Part shown: piece after piece, positions 12,401 to 27,400 of the stretch
How the letters are laid out: the number at the start of each line of letters is the position of its first letter
How positions within the stretch are numbered: the first letter of the stretch is position 1
Source: Somniosus microcephalus
Taxonomy: Eukaryota
Length of the DNA stretch: 64,000 bases
Reading direction: 5' to 3'
NCBI GenBank assembly: GCA_052327205.1
Contig: CM126218.1
Span: forward strand, 36,642,001 to 36,706,000
Position numbers and translations under genes: made by a program
The notes under the pieces: model-generated
Seen by the model: the letters and a program-made list of their open reading frames with translations, nothing else
The model's database searches: none
Told to the model about the DNA's origin: nothing

Positions 12401-15400
12401 CTGTGCGGAGGAGAAATGCTGTGTCCACGTTTGTGCCGCCTCTCCTCAGTTCCCTGACAGTGGAGTCTCTGATTACTCACTAACGCTTACTTAACTTTTT
12501 TGTAATATTTTATTGTCTTTTGAATGAAATGTACAATTTACAATTCATGTTGCTAGGGATACTCTGCATACTTTCCAATTCCAATCCAATCATTATTAAA
12601 TCTTGTCAAAGGATGCTCGCTGACACGTTGTGGCTGTTAATATTATTCCCTGTTTTCTATTGTCCAGTAACTTGAAAGAGTTCTTTTGAAACACAACCAA
12701 TTATGCAAATGCTGCTTTTTCAGTCTCGTGTTTATGTTTGCACTTTAGTATTTGAAGTAAGGAGACCTAGTTAGTAGCTGTAGTCAATAATTTCCTCATT
12801 CTTTATGCCCGTTTCTCAATAAAATAACCTAGTGGTCAAACTCTATTAACACTGCTGGATCTGCAGTCGGAATGCAGCGGTTTTAAAATATTTTTTTTCT
12901 TCAGAAGTTACGACTACAACAAAAGGGACAACAACCACAACTGTGTCTACTGCCAGTTCAACAACTGGTAAGTGATGGTTTCTTTCATTATAGACTAGCA
13001 AGTCCTTTGACACAAGTGTGCTTTTTTCAACTTTGGCGAAGAAAATGCCAGCCCATCAGTTCAGTCCTGTAGACCTGTAGCCCATTCCTTTGGGATGGAA
13101 TTACTTGAGAAGTTCAGAACATCTCAATCTGCAAGCAATGGCACTTTCACAAGAATTACAGAAGCAGTTTTGTGTAAACCTCTCCCCTGACAGCTTGTCC
13201 CAGGCAAAGAATAAAACAGTTAGGTTTGAACAGTTGCAACTGTAAAATTCCTCTCTTCTGCCCACCTCTGTCTCATTTAGTCTCCACTTATTCTCACACT
13301 CAAATTTTTTACGATATTTTTTCGACCTGCTAATAAAATATAGAATTTGTACGTCATGCTGATGCTCGTGGGCTGCATACTTCTAAATTCCAATAGCATC
13401 ATTGGCAAATATTGACAAATGTTGTTCCCTTGACATGTTGTGGTTGCTAATATTGTGACTATTACTGTTTTGGTCCAGTAGTATGAAAGACTTCTTTTGA
13501 AACACTCTGCAACTGCTGCCTTGCTGCTCTCATATTTATGTTTCCTATTATTGGTTGGATCATGAGGGTCTAATATGTTCTCCTCCTTTTCTGTTACAGA
13601 GGTTGTCTGCCATGGCAAATGGTCCCCCTGGTTTAATGAACACACACCTTCTATAGACAGCCCGGGCGATTCTGAATTACTAGACCACCGAAGCAATAAA
13701 TACTGTTCTTCCCCTTTTGATGACATTATTAACATTCAGTGTCAGTTTGTTGGTGAACCTGAGAGGCCAATAAGTGAGTCACCAGACAATGTGACGTGCG
13801 ACAAAGACACAGGGCTCATCTGTAGAGTCTCGGAAAGTGCTTTGGAGGAGTCCAAGTTTTGTTATGACTACAAAATTCGAGTTTGCTGCGAGATAGGAAC
13901 ACCAGCGACCACAACAACCAGCAGCAGTACAAACACGGCTTCTGGTAAATGAGAAACTTACGTACGAGTTAATAATGTCTCCCATACGTTAAATCAAAGC
14001 TGACTTTTTACATCAAGCAGTCAAAGGAGTTAATATATCTACTTAGTAGCTGTAATTAACAATTTCCTCATCATTTGTGCCTTAGTATCAATAAAATAGA
14101 CTAACGGCGAAATTCTCAATATTGCAGGATTTGAAATTAGAGGTAAGAGGTTTTGAATTTTTTTTTGTTTTGTTCACAAGTGACGACTACAACAAAAGGG
14201 ACAACAACCACACCTATTATTGTTGAAACTTCTACAACAGGTAAGTGATGCCTGCTTTCAATGTACACCAGCAAGTCTGTTCACACCAGTGTGCTTTTCT
14301 CAAATTCAGCTTTCAGACAATGTCAGTCCATTAGTTCAGTCTTGTAGACCCTTGCTTTAGGGTGGAAATGCTTGAAAATTTTAAGACATCTGAATCTGCA
14401 ATTAGTGTTTTCAACATCACTTGTGCAGAAAGTGTAATTAAATAGTCTTATGTTGGAAATCTACAGGAATACTATATGAATTTAAGTTGTATTGAAGTGG
14501 TTTTGATGATATTTCTTGTTCTTCAGAAGGAATCACTACAACAGTGAAAACAACTACAACCGGGTCCACTATTGGCTCCACACCGGGTGAGTGAGGGCTT
14601 CTTTCGATATCCAGTACTAAGACCAGTGACACAAGTTAACTTGTTTCAACAGCTCCCAGACAGTGGAAGTCCATTACTTCACTCCTTGTAGATATTTAGC
14701 TCATTCCATTTAGAGGGAAATAGTTGAAAACTTCACTATATTGATTAACCTAGATCAGTGGCTGCGCTGAGGGGAAATGTTGTGTCTATGTTTGTGCCGC
14801 CTCTGTCTCTCTTAGTCTCTGCTTCCTCACCAACATTTACTCAGATTTTTGGCAATAATTTCCTGACTTTTGAATGAAATGTATAATTTCATGTTGATGG
14901 TGGTATTCAGCATACTTTCAAATTCCAATAGAATCATTATCAAATATTGTCAAAGGATGATCACCTTGACATGTTGTGGTTGTTAATATTCTTCCTTTTT
15001 TCTATTGTCCAGTAACTTGAAACAGTTCTTTGAAAACACTAACAATTATGCAAATATTGTCTCGCCATTTTCATGTTTATATTTGTTTTTTATTACTTGA
15101 CAAAGGAGAAAAAAGTTGATATAGTTAGTAGCTGTAGTGAAACATTTCCCTCATTCTTTGCACTTTAGCATCAATAAAATACCCAACTGGTGAAACTCTC
15201 AATACTGCAGGATTTCATATTTGTGTGTAGTAATTTTGAATGTTTTTATTTTTGTTTTGAAGTGACGACTACAACAAAAGGGACAACAACCACACCTATT
15301 ATTGTTGACACTTCTACAACAGGTAAGTGATGACTGCTTTCGATATAAACCAGCAGGTCTGTTCACACCAGTGTGCTTTTCTCAAATTCAGCTTTCAGGC

Positions 15401-18400
15401 AATGTCAGTCCATTAATTCAGTCTTGCTTTTGTTGGAAAATGGTTGAAAACTTAGACATCTGAATCTGCAATTAGTTTTTTCAACAGCATTTGTGCAGAA
15501 AGTGTAGTTAAATAGTCTTATGGAGGAACTTTACAGAAATAATATAGGATTTTAAAATGTAATGTATTGAATTTGATGAAGTTTCCTGTTCTGCAGAAGG
15601 AGTCACTACAACAGTGAAAGCAACTACAACCGGGTCCACTACTGGCCCCACACCGGGTGAGTGAGGGCTTCTTTCCATATCTAGTAGCAAGACCAGTGAC
15701 ACAAGTTATCTTGTTTCAACAACTCCCAGACAGTGGAAGTCCATCACTTCACCCCTTGTAGATATTTAGCCCATTCCTTCCAGAGAGAAATAGTTGACAA
15801 CTACACTATATCGATAAACCTAGTTCAGAGGCTGTGCGGAGGAGAAATGCTGTGTCCACGTTTGTGCCGCCTCTCCTCAGTTCCCTGACAGTGGAGTCTC
15901 TGATTACTCACTAACGCTTACTTAACTTTTTTGTAATATTTTATTGTCTTTTGAATGAAATGTACAATTTACAATTCATGTTGCTAGGGATACTCTGCAT
16001 ACTTTCCAATTCCAATCCAATCATTATTAAATCTTGTCAAAGGATGATCGCTGACACGTTGTGGCTGTTAATATTATTCCCTGTTTTCTATTGTCCAGTA
16101 ACTTGAAAGAGTTCTTTTGAAACACAACCAATTATGCAAATGCTGCTTTTTCAGTCTCGTGTTTATGTTTGCACTTTAGTATTTGAAGTAAGGAGACCTA
16201 GTTAGTAGCTGTAGTCAATAATTTCCTCATTCTTTATGCCCGTTTCTCAATAAAATAACCTAGTGGTCAAACTCTATTAACACTGCTGGATTTGCAGTCG
16301 GAATGCAGCGGTTTTAAAATATTTTTTTTCTTCAGAAGTTACGACTACAACAAAAGGGACAACAACCACAACTGTGTCTACTGCCAGTTCAACAACTGGT
16401 AAGTGATGGTTTCTTTCATTATAGACTAGCAAGTCCTTTGACACAAGTGTGCTTTTTTCAACTTTGGCGAAGAAAATGCCAGCCCATCAGTTCAGTCCTG
16501 TAGACCTGTAGCCCATTCCTTTGGGATGGAATTACTTGAGAAGTTCAGAACATCTCAATCTGCAAGCAATGGCACTTTCACAAGAATTACAGAAGCAGTT
16601 TTGTGTAAACCTCTCCCCTGACAGCTTGTCCCAGGCAAAGAATAAAACAGTTAGGTTTGAACAGTTGCAACTGTAAAATTCCTCTCTTCTGCCCACCTCT
16701 GTCTCATTTAGTCTCCACTTATTCTCACACTCAAATTTTTTACGATATTTTTTCGACCTGCTAATAAAATATAGAATTTGTACGTCATGCTGATGCTCGT
16801 GGGCTGCATACTTCTAAATTCCAATAGCATCATTGGCAAATATTGACAAATGTTGTTCCCTTGACATGTTGTGGTTGCTAATATTGTGACTATTACTGTT
16901 TTGGTCCAGTAGTATGAAAGACTTCTTTTGAAACACTCTGCAACTGCTGCCTTGCTGCTCTCATATTTATGTTTCCTATTATTGGTTGGATCATGAGGGT
17001 CTAATATGTTCTCCTCCTTTTCTGTTACAGAGGTTGTCTGCCATGGCAAATGGTCCCCCTGGTTTAATGAACACACACCTTCTATAGACAGCCCGGGCGA
17101 TTCTGAATTACTAGACCACCGAAGCAATAAATACTGTTCTTCCCCTTTTGATGACATTATTAACATTCAGTGTCAGTTTGTTGGTGAACCTGAGAGGCCA
17201 ATAAGTGAGTCACCAGACAATGTGACGTGCGACAAAGACACAGGGCTCATCTGTAGAGTCTCGGAAAGTGCTTTGGAGGAGTCCAAGTTTTGTTATGACT
17301 ACAAAATTCGAGTTTGCTGCGAGATAGGAACACCAGCGACCACAACAACCAGCAGCAGTACAAACACGGCTTCTGGTAAATGAGAAACTTACGTACGAGT
17401 TAATAATGTCTCCCATACGTTAAATCAAAGCTGACTTTTTACATCAAGCAGTCAAAGGAGTTAATATATCTACTTAGTAGCTGTAATTAACAATTTCCTC
17501 ATCATTTGTGCCTTAGTATCAATAAAATAGACTAACGGCGAAATTCTCAATATTGCAGGATTTGAAATTAGAGGTAAGAGGTTTTGAATTTTTTTTTGTT
17601 TTGTTCACAAGTGACGACTACAACAAAAGGGACAACAACCACACCTATTATTGTTGAAACTTCTACAACAGGTAAGTGATGCCTGCTTTCAATGTACACC
17701 AGCAAGTCTGTTCACACCAGTGTGCTTTTCTCAAATTCAGCTTTCAGACAATGTCAGTCCATTAGTTCAGTCTTGTAGACCCTTGCTTTAGGGTGGAAAT
17801 GCTTGAAAATTTTAAGACATCTGAATCTGCAATTAGTGTTTTCAACATCACTTGTGCAGAAAGTGTAATTAAATAGTCTTATGTTGGAAATCTACAGGAA
17901 TACTATATGAATTTAAGTTGTATTGAAGTGGTTTTGATGATATTTCTTGTTCTTCAGAAGGAATCACTACAACAGTGAAAACAACTACAACCGGGTCCAC
18001 TATTGGCTCCACACCGGGTGAGTGAGGGCTTCTTTCGATATCCAGTACTAAGACCAGTGACACAAGTTAACTTGTTTCAACAGCTCCCAGACAGTGGAAG
18101 TCCATTACTTCACTCCTTGTAGATATTTAGCTCATTCCATTTAGAGGGAAATAGTTGAAAACTTCACTATATTGATTAACCTAGATCAGTGGCTGCGCTG
18201 AGGGGAAATGTTGTGTCTATGTTTGTGCCGCCTCTGTCTCTCTTAGTCTCTGCTTCCTCACCAACATTTACTCAGATTTTTGGCAATAATTTCCTGACTT
18301 TTGAATGAAATGTATAATTTCATGTTGATGGTGGTATTCAGCATACTTTCAAATTCCAATAGAATCATTATCAAATATTGTCAAAGGATGATCACCTTGA

Positions 18401-21400
18401 CATGTTGTGGTTGTTAATATTCTTCCTTTTTTCTATTGTCCAGTAACTTGAAACAGTTCTTTGAAAACACTAACAATTATGCAAATATTGTCTCGCCATT
18501 TTCATGTTTATATTTGTTTTTTATTACTTGACAAAGGAGAAAAAAGTTGATATAGTTAGTAGCTGTAGTGAAACATTTCCCTCATTCTTTGCACTTTAGC
18601 ATCAATTAAATACCCAACTGGTGAAACTCTCAATACTGCAGGATTTCATATTTGTGTGTAGTAATTTTGAATGTTTTTATTTTTGTTTTGAAGTGACGAC
18701 TACAACAAAAGGGACAACAACCACACCTATTATTGTTGACACTTCTACAACAGGTAAGTGATGACTGCTTTCGATATAAACCAGCAGGTCTGTTCACACC
18801 AGTGTGCTTTTCTCAAATTCAGCTTTCAGGCAATGTCAGTCCATTAATTCAGTCTTGCTTTTGTTGGAAAATGGTTGAAAACTTAGACATCTGAATCTGC
18901 AATTAGTTTTTTCAACAGCATTTGTGCAGAAAGTGTAGTTAAATAGTCTTATGGAGGAACTTTACAGAAATAATATAGGATTTTAAAATGTAATGTATTG
19001 AATTTGATGAAGTTTCCTGTTCTGCAGAAGGAGTCACTACAACAGTGAAAGCAACTACAACCGGGTCCACTACTGGCCCCACACCGGGTGAGTGAGGGCT
19101 TCTTTCCATATCTAGTAGCAAGACCAGTGACACAAGTTATCTTGTTTCAACAACTCCCAGACAGTGGAAGTCCATCACTTCACCCCTTGTAGATATTTAG
19201 CCCATTCCTTCCAGAGAGAAATAGTTGACAACTACACTATATCGATAAACCTAGTTCAGAGGCTGTGCGGAGGAGAAATGCTGTGTCCACGTTTGTGCCG
19301 CCTCTCCTCAGTTCCCTGACAGTGGAGTCTCTGATTACTCACTAACGCTTACTTAACTTTTTTGTAATATTTTATTGTCTTTTGAATGAAATGTACAATT
19401 TACAATTCATGTTGCTAGGGATACTCTGCATACTTTCCAATTCCAATCCAATCATTATTAAATCTTGTCAAAGGATGCTCGCTGACACGTTGTGGCTGTT
19501 AATATTATTCCCTGTTTTCTATTGTCCAGTAACTTGAAAGAGTTCTTTTGAAACACAACCAATTATGCAAATGCTGCTTTTTCAGTCTCGTGTTTATGTT
19601 TGCACTTTAGTATTTGAAGTAAGGAGACCTAGTTAGTAGCTGTAGTCAATAATTTCCTCATTCTTTATGCCCGTTTCTCAATAAAATAACCTAGTGGTCA
19701 AACTCTATTAACACTGCTGGATTTGCAGTCGGAATGCAGCGGTTTTAAAATATTTTTTTTCTTCAGAAGTTACGACTACAACAAAAGGGACAACAACCAC
19801 AACTGTGTCTACTGCCAGTTCAACAACTGGTAAGTGATGGTTTCTTTCATTATAGACTAGCAAGTCCTTTGACACAAGTGTGCTTTTTTCAACTTTGGCG
19901 AAGAAAATGCCAGCCCATCAGTTCAGTCCTGTAGACCTGTAGCCCATTCCTTTGGGATGGAATTACTTGAGAAGTTCAGAACATCTCAATCTGCAAGCAA
20001 TGGCACTTTCACAAGAATTACAGAAGCAGTTTTGTGTAAACCTCTCCCCTGACAGCTTGTCCCAGGCAAAGAATAAAACAGTTAGGTTTGAACAGTTGCA
20101 ACTGTAAAATTCCTCTCTTCTGCCCACCTCTGTCTCATTTAGTCTCCACTTATTCTCACACTCAAATTTTTTACGATATTTTTTCGACCTGCTAATAAAA
20201 TATAGAATTTGTACGTCATGCTGATGCTCGTGGGCTGCATACTTCTAAATTCCAATAGCATCATTGGCAAATATTGACAAATGTTGTTCCCTTGACATGT
20301 TGTGGTTGCTAATATTGTGACTATTACTGTTTTGGTCCAGTAGTATGAAAGACTTCTTTTGAAACACTCTGCAACTGCTGCCTTGCTGCTCTCATATTTA
20401 TGTTTCCTATTATTGGTTGGATCATGAGGGTCTAATATGTTCTCCTCCTTTTCTGTTACAGAGGTTGTCTGCCATGGCAAATGGTCCCCCTGGTTTAATG
20501 AACACACACCTTCTATAGACAGCCCGGGCGATTCTGAATTACTAGACCACCGAAGCAATAAATACTGTTCTTCCCCTTTTGATGACATTATTAACATTCA
20601 GTGTCAGTTTGTTGGTGAACCTGAGAGGCCAATAAGTGAGTCACCAGACAATGTGACGTGCGACAAAGACACAGGGCTCATCTGTAGAGTCTCGGAAAGT
20701 GCTTTGGAGGAGTCCAAGTTTTGTTATGACTACAAAATTCGAGTTTGCTGCGAGATAGGAACACCAGCGACCACAACAACCAGCAGCAGTACAAACACGG
20801 CTTCTGGTAAATGAGAAACTTACGTACGAGTTAATAATGTCTCCCATACGTTAAATCAAAGCTGACTTTTTACATCAAGCAGTCAAAGGAGTTAATATAT
20901 CTACTTAGTAGCTGTAATTAACAATTTCCTCATCATTTGTGCCTTAGTATCAATAAAATAGACTAACGGCGAAATTCTCAATATTGCAGGATTTGAAATT
21001 AGAGGTAAGAGGTTTTGAATTTTTTTTTGTTTTGTTCACAAGTGACGACTACAACAAAAGGGACAACAACCACACCTATTATTGTTGAAACTTCTACAAC
21101 AGGTAAGTGATGCCTGCTTTCAATGTACACCAGCAAGTCTGTTCACACCAGTGTGCTTTTCTCAAATTCAGCTTTCAGACAATGTCAGTCCATTAGTTCA
21201 GTCTTGTAGACCCTTGCTTTAGGGTGGAAATGCTTGAAAATTTTAAGACATCTGAATTTGCAATTAGTATTTTCAACATCACTTGTGCAGAAAGTGTAAT
21301 TAAATAGTCTTATGTTGGAAATCTACAGGAATACTATATGAATTTAAGTTGTATTGAAGTGGTTTTGATGATATTTCTTGTTCTTCAGAAGGAATCACTA

Positions 21401-24400
21401 CAACAGTGAAAACAACTACAACCGGGTCCACTATTGGCTCCACACCGGGTGAGTGAGGGCTTCTTTCGATATCCAGTACTAAGACCAGTGACACAAGTTA
21501 ACTTGTTTCAACAGCTCCCAGACAGTGGAAGTCCATTACTTCACTCCTTGTAGATATTTAGCTCATTCCATTTAGAGGGAAATAGTTGAAAACTTCACTA
21601 TATTGATTAACCTAGATCAGTGGCTGCGCTGAGGGGAAATGTTGTGTCTATGTTTGTGCCGCCTCTGTCTCTCTTAGTCTCTGCTTCCTCACCAACATTT
21701 ACTCAGATTTTTGGCAATAATTTCCTGACTTTTGAATGAAATGTATAATTTCATGTTGATGGTGGTATTCAGCATACTTTCAAATTCCAATAGAATCATT
21801 ATCAAATATTGTCAAAGGATGATCACCTTGACATGTTGTGGTTGTTAATATTCTTCCTTTTTTCTATTGTCCAGTAACTTGAAACAGTTCTTTGAAAACA
21901 CTAACAATTATGCAAATATTGTCTCGCCATTTTCATGTTTATATTTGTTTTTTATTACTTGACAAAGGAGAAAAAAGTTGATATAGTTAGTAGCTGTAGT
22001 GAAACATTTCCCTCATTCTTTGCACTTTAGCATCAATTAAATACCCAACTGGTGAAACTCTCAATACTGCAGGATTTCATATTTGTGTGTAGTAATTTTG
22101 AATGTTTTTATTTTTGTTTTGAAGTGACGACTACAACAAAAGGGACAACAACCACACCTATTATTGTTGACACTTCTACAACAGGTAAGTGATGACTGCT
22201 TTCGATATAAACCAGCAGGTCTGTTCACACCAGTGTGCTTTTCTCAAATTCAGCTTTCAGGCAATGTCAGTCCATTAATTCAGTCTTGCTTTTGTTGGAA
22301 AATGGTTGAAAACTTAGACATCTGAATCTGCAATTAGTTTTTTCAACAGCATTTGTGCAGAAAGTGTAGTTAAATAGTCTTATGGAGGAACTTTACAGAA
22401 ATAATATAGGATTTTAAAATGTAATGTATTGAATTTGATGAAGTTTCCTGTTCTGCAGAAGGAGTCACTACAACAGTGAAAGCAACTACAACCGGGTCCA
22501 CTACTGGCCCCACACCGGGTGAGTGAGGGCTTCTTTCCATATCTAGTAGCAAGACCAGTGACACAAGTTATCTTGTTTCAACAACTCCCAGACAGTGGAA
22601 GTCCATCACTTCACCCCTTGTAGATATTTAGCCCATTCCTTCCAGAGAGAAATAGTTGACAACTACACTATATCGATAAACCTAGTTCAGAGGCTGTGCG
22701 GAGGAGAAATGCTGTGTCCACGTTTGTGCCGCCTCTCCTCAGTTCCCTGACAGTGGAGTCTCTGATTACTCACTAACGCTTACTTAACTTTTTTGTAATA
22801 TTTTATTGTCTTTTGAATGAAATGTACAATTTACAATTCATGTTGCTAGGGATACTCTGCATACTTTCCAATTCCAATCCAATCATTATTAAATCTTGTC
22901 AAAGGATGCTCGCTGACACGTTGTGGCTGTTAATATTATTCCCTGTTTTCTATTGTCCAGTAACTTGAAAGAGTTCTTTTGAAACACAACCAATTATGCA
23001 AATGCTGCTTTTTCAGTCTCGTGTTTATGTTTGCACTTTAGTATTTGAAGTAAGGAGACCTAGTTAGTAGCTGTAGTCAATAATTTCCTCATTCTTTATG
23101 CCCGTTTCTCAATAAAATAACCTAGTGGTCAAACTCTATTAACACTGCTGGATTTGCAGTATCAATAAAATAGACTAACGGCGAAATTCTCAATATTGCA
23201 GGATTTGAAATTAGAGGTAAGAGGTTTTGAATTTTGTTTTGTTTTGTTCACAAGTGACGACTACATCAAAAGGGACAACAACCACACCTATTATTGTTGA
23301 AACTTCTACAACAGGTAAGTGATGCCTGCTTTCAATGTACACCAGCAAGTCTGTTCACACCAGTGTGCTTTTCTCAAATTCAGCTTTCAGACAATGTCAG
23401 TCCATTAGTTCAGTCTTGTAGACCCTTGCTTTAGGGTGGAAATGCTTGAAAATTTTAAGACATCTGAATCTGCAATTAGTGTTTTCAACATCACTTGTGC
23501 AGAAAGTGTAATTAAATAGTCTTATGTTGGAAATCTACAGGAATACTATATGAATTTAAGTTGTATTGAAGTGGTTTTGATGATATTTCTTGTTCTTCAG
23601 AAGGAATCACTACAACAGTGAAAACAACTACAACCGGGTCCACTATTGGCTCCACACCGGGTGAGTGAGGGCTTCTTTCGATATCCAGTACTAAGACCAG
23701 TGACACAAGTTAACTTGTTTCAACAGCTCCCAGACAGTGGAAGTCCATTACTTCACTCCTTGTAGATATTTAGCTCATTCCATTTAGAGGGAAATAGTTG
23801 AAAACTTCACTATATTGATTAACCTAGATCAGTGGCTGCGCTGAGGGGAAATGTTGTGTCTATGTTTGTGCCGCCTCTGTCTCTCTTAGTCTCTGCTTCC
23901 TCACCAACATTTACTCAGATTTTTGGCAATAATTTCCTGACTTTTGAATGAAATGTATAATTTCATGTTGATGGTGGTATTCAGCATACTTTCAAATTCC
24001 AATAGAATCATTATCAAATATTGTCAAAGGATGATCACCTTGACATGTTGTGGTTGTTAATATTCTTCCTTTTTTCTATTGTCCAGTAACTTGAAACAGT
24101 TCTTTGAAAACACTAACAATTATGCAAATATTGTCTCGCCATTTTCATGTTTATATTTGTTTTTTATTACTTGACAAAGGAGAAAAAAGTTGATATAGTT
24201 AGTAGCTGTAGTGAAACATTTCCCTCATTCTTTGCACTTTAGCATCAATAAAATACCCAACTGGTGAAACTCTCAATACTGCAGGATTTCATATTTGTGT
24301 GTAGTAATTTTGAATGTTTTTATTTTTGTTTTGAAGTGACGACTACAACAAAAGGGACAACAACCACACCTATTATTGTTGACACTTCTACAACAGGTAA

Positions 24401-27400
24401 GTGATGACTGCTTTCGATATAAACCAGCAGGTCTGTTCACACCAGTGTGCTTTTCTCAAATTCAGCTTTCAGGCAATGTCAGTCCATTAATTCAGTCTTG
24501 CTTTTGTTGGAAAATGGTTGAAAACTTAGACATCTGAATCTGCAATTAGTTTTTTCAACAGCAATTGTGCAGAAAGTGTAGTTAAATAGTCTTATGGAGG
24601 AACTTTACAGAAATAATATAGGATTTTAAAATGTAATGTATTGAATTTGATGAAGTTTCCTGTTCTGCAGAAGGAGTCACTACAACAGTGAAAGCAACTA
24701 CAACCGGGTCCACTACTGGCCCCACACCGGGTGAGTGAGGGCTTCTTTCCATATCTAGTAGCAAGACCAGTGACACAAGTTATCTTGTTTCAACAACTCC
24801 CAGACAGTGGAAGTCCATCACTTCACCCCTTGTAGATATTTAGCCCATTCCTTCCAGAGAGAAATAGTTGACAACTACACTATATCGATAAACCTAGTTC
24901 AGAGGCTGTGCGGAGGAGAAATGCTGTGTCCACGTTTGTGCCGCCTCTCCTCAGTTCCCTGACAGTGGAGTCTCTGATTACTCACTAACGCTTACTTAAC
25001 TTTTTTGTAATATTTTATTGTCTTTTGAATGAAATGTACAATTTACAATTCATGTTGCTAGGGATACTCTGCATACTTTCCAATTCCAATCCAATCATTA
25101 TTAAATCTTGTCAAAGGATGCTCGCTGACACGTTGTGGCTGTTAATATTATTCCCTGTTTTCTATTGTCCAGTAACTTGAAAGAGTTCTTTTGAAACACA
25201 ACCAATTATGCAAATGCTGCTTTTTCAGTCTCGTGTTTATGTTTGCACTTTAGTATTTGAAGTAAGGAGACCTAGTTAGTAGCTGTAGTCAATAATTTCC
25301 TCATTCTTTATGCCCGTTTCTCAATAAAATAACCTAGTGGTCAAACTCTATTAACACTGCTGGATTTGCAGTCGGAATGCAGCGGTTTTAAAATATTTTT
25401 TTTCTTCAGAAGTTACGACTACAACAAAAGGGACAACAACCACAACTGTGTCTACTGCCAGTTCAACAACTGGTAAGTGATGGTTTCTTTCATTATAGAC
25501 TAGCAAGTCCTTTGACACAAGTGTGCTTTTTTCAACTTTGGCGAAGAAAATGCCAGCCCATCAGTTCAGTCCTGTAGACCTGTAGCCCATTCCTTTGGGA
25601 TGGAATTACTTGAGAAGTTCAGAACATCTCAATCTGCAAGCAATGGCACTTTCACAAGAATTACAGAAGCAGTTTTGTGTAAACCTCTCCCCTGACAGCT
25701 TGTCCCAGGCAAAGAATAAAACAGTTAGGTTTGAACAGTTGCAACTGTAAAATTCCTCTCTTCTGCCCACCTCTGTCTCATTTAGTCTCCACTTATTCTC
25801 ACACTCAAATTTTTTACGATATTTTTTCGACCTGCTAATAAAATATAGAATTTGTACGTCATGCTGATGCTCGTGGGCTGCATACTTCTAAATTCCAATA
25901 GCATCATTGGCAAATATTGACAAATGTTGTTCCCTTGACATGTTGTGGTTGCTAATATTGTGACTATTACTGTTTTGGTCCAGTAGTATGAAAGACTTCT
26001 TTTGAAACACTCTGCAACTGCTGCCTTGCTGCTCTCATATTTATGTTTCCTATTATTGGTTGGATCATGAGGGTCTAATATGTTCTCCTCCTTTTCTGTT
26101 ACAGAGGTTGTCTGCCATGGCAAATGGTCCCCCTGGTTTAATGAACACACACCTTCTATAGACAGCCCGGGCGATTCTGAATTACTAGACCACCGAAGCA
26201 ATAAATACTGTTCTTCCCCTTTTGATGACATTATTAACATTCAGTGTCAGTTTGTTGGTGAACCTGAGAGGCCAATAAGTGAGTCACCAGACAATGTGAC
26301 GTGCGACAAAGACACAGGGCTCATCTGTAGAGTCTCGGAAAGTGCTTTGGAGGAGTCCAAGTTTTGTTATGACTACAAAATTCGAGTTTGCTGCGAGATA
26401 GGAACACCAGCGACCACAACAACCAGCAGCAGTACAAACACGGCTTCTGGTAAATGAGAAACTTACGTACGAGTTAATAATGTCTCCCATACGTTAAATC
26501 AAAGCTGACTTTTTACATCAAGCAGTCAAAGGAGTTAATATATCTACTTAGTAGCTGTAATTAACAATTTCCTCATCATTTGTGCCTTAGTATCAATAAA
26601 ATAGACTAACGGCGAAATTCTCAATATTGCAGGATTTGAAATTAGAGGTAAGAGGTTTTGAATTTTTTTTTGTTTTGTTCACAAGTGACGACTACAACAA
26701 AAGGGACAACAACCACACCTATTATTGTTGAAACTTCTACAACAGGTAAGTGATGCCTGCTTTCAATGTACACCAGCAAGTCTGTTCACACCAGTGTGCT
26801 TTTCTCAAATTCAGCTTTCAGACAATGTCAGTCCATTAGTTCAGTCTTGTAGACCCTTGCTTTAGGGTGGAAATGCTTGAAAATTTTAAGACATCTGAAT
26901 CTGCAATTAGTGTTTTCAACATCACTTGTGCAGAAAGTGTAATTAAATAGTCTTATGTTGGAAATCTACAGGAATACTATATGAATTTAAGTTGTATTGA
27001 AGTGGTTTTGATGATATTTCTTGTTCTTCAGAAGGAATCACTACAACAGTGAAAACAACTACAACCGGGTCCACTATTGGCTCCACACCGGGTGAGTGAG
27101 GGCTTCTTTCGATATCCAGTACTAAGACCAGTGACACAAGTTAACTTGTTTCAACAGCTCCCAGACAGTGGAAGTCCATTACTTCACTCCTTGTAGATAT
27201 TTAGCTCATTCCATTTAGAGGGAAATAGTTGAAAACTTCACTATATTGATTAACCTAGATCAGTGGCTGCGCTGAGGGGAAATGTTGTGTCTATGTTTGT
27301 GCCGCCTCTGTCTCTCTTAGTCTCTGCTTCCTCACCAACATTTACTCAGATTTTTGGCAATAATTTCCTGACTTTTGAATGAAATGTATAATTTCATGTT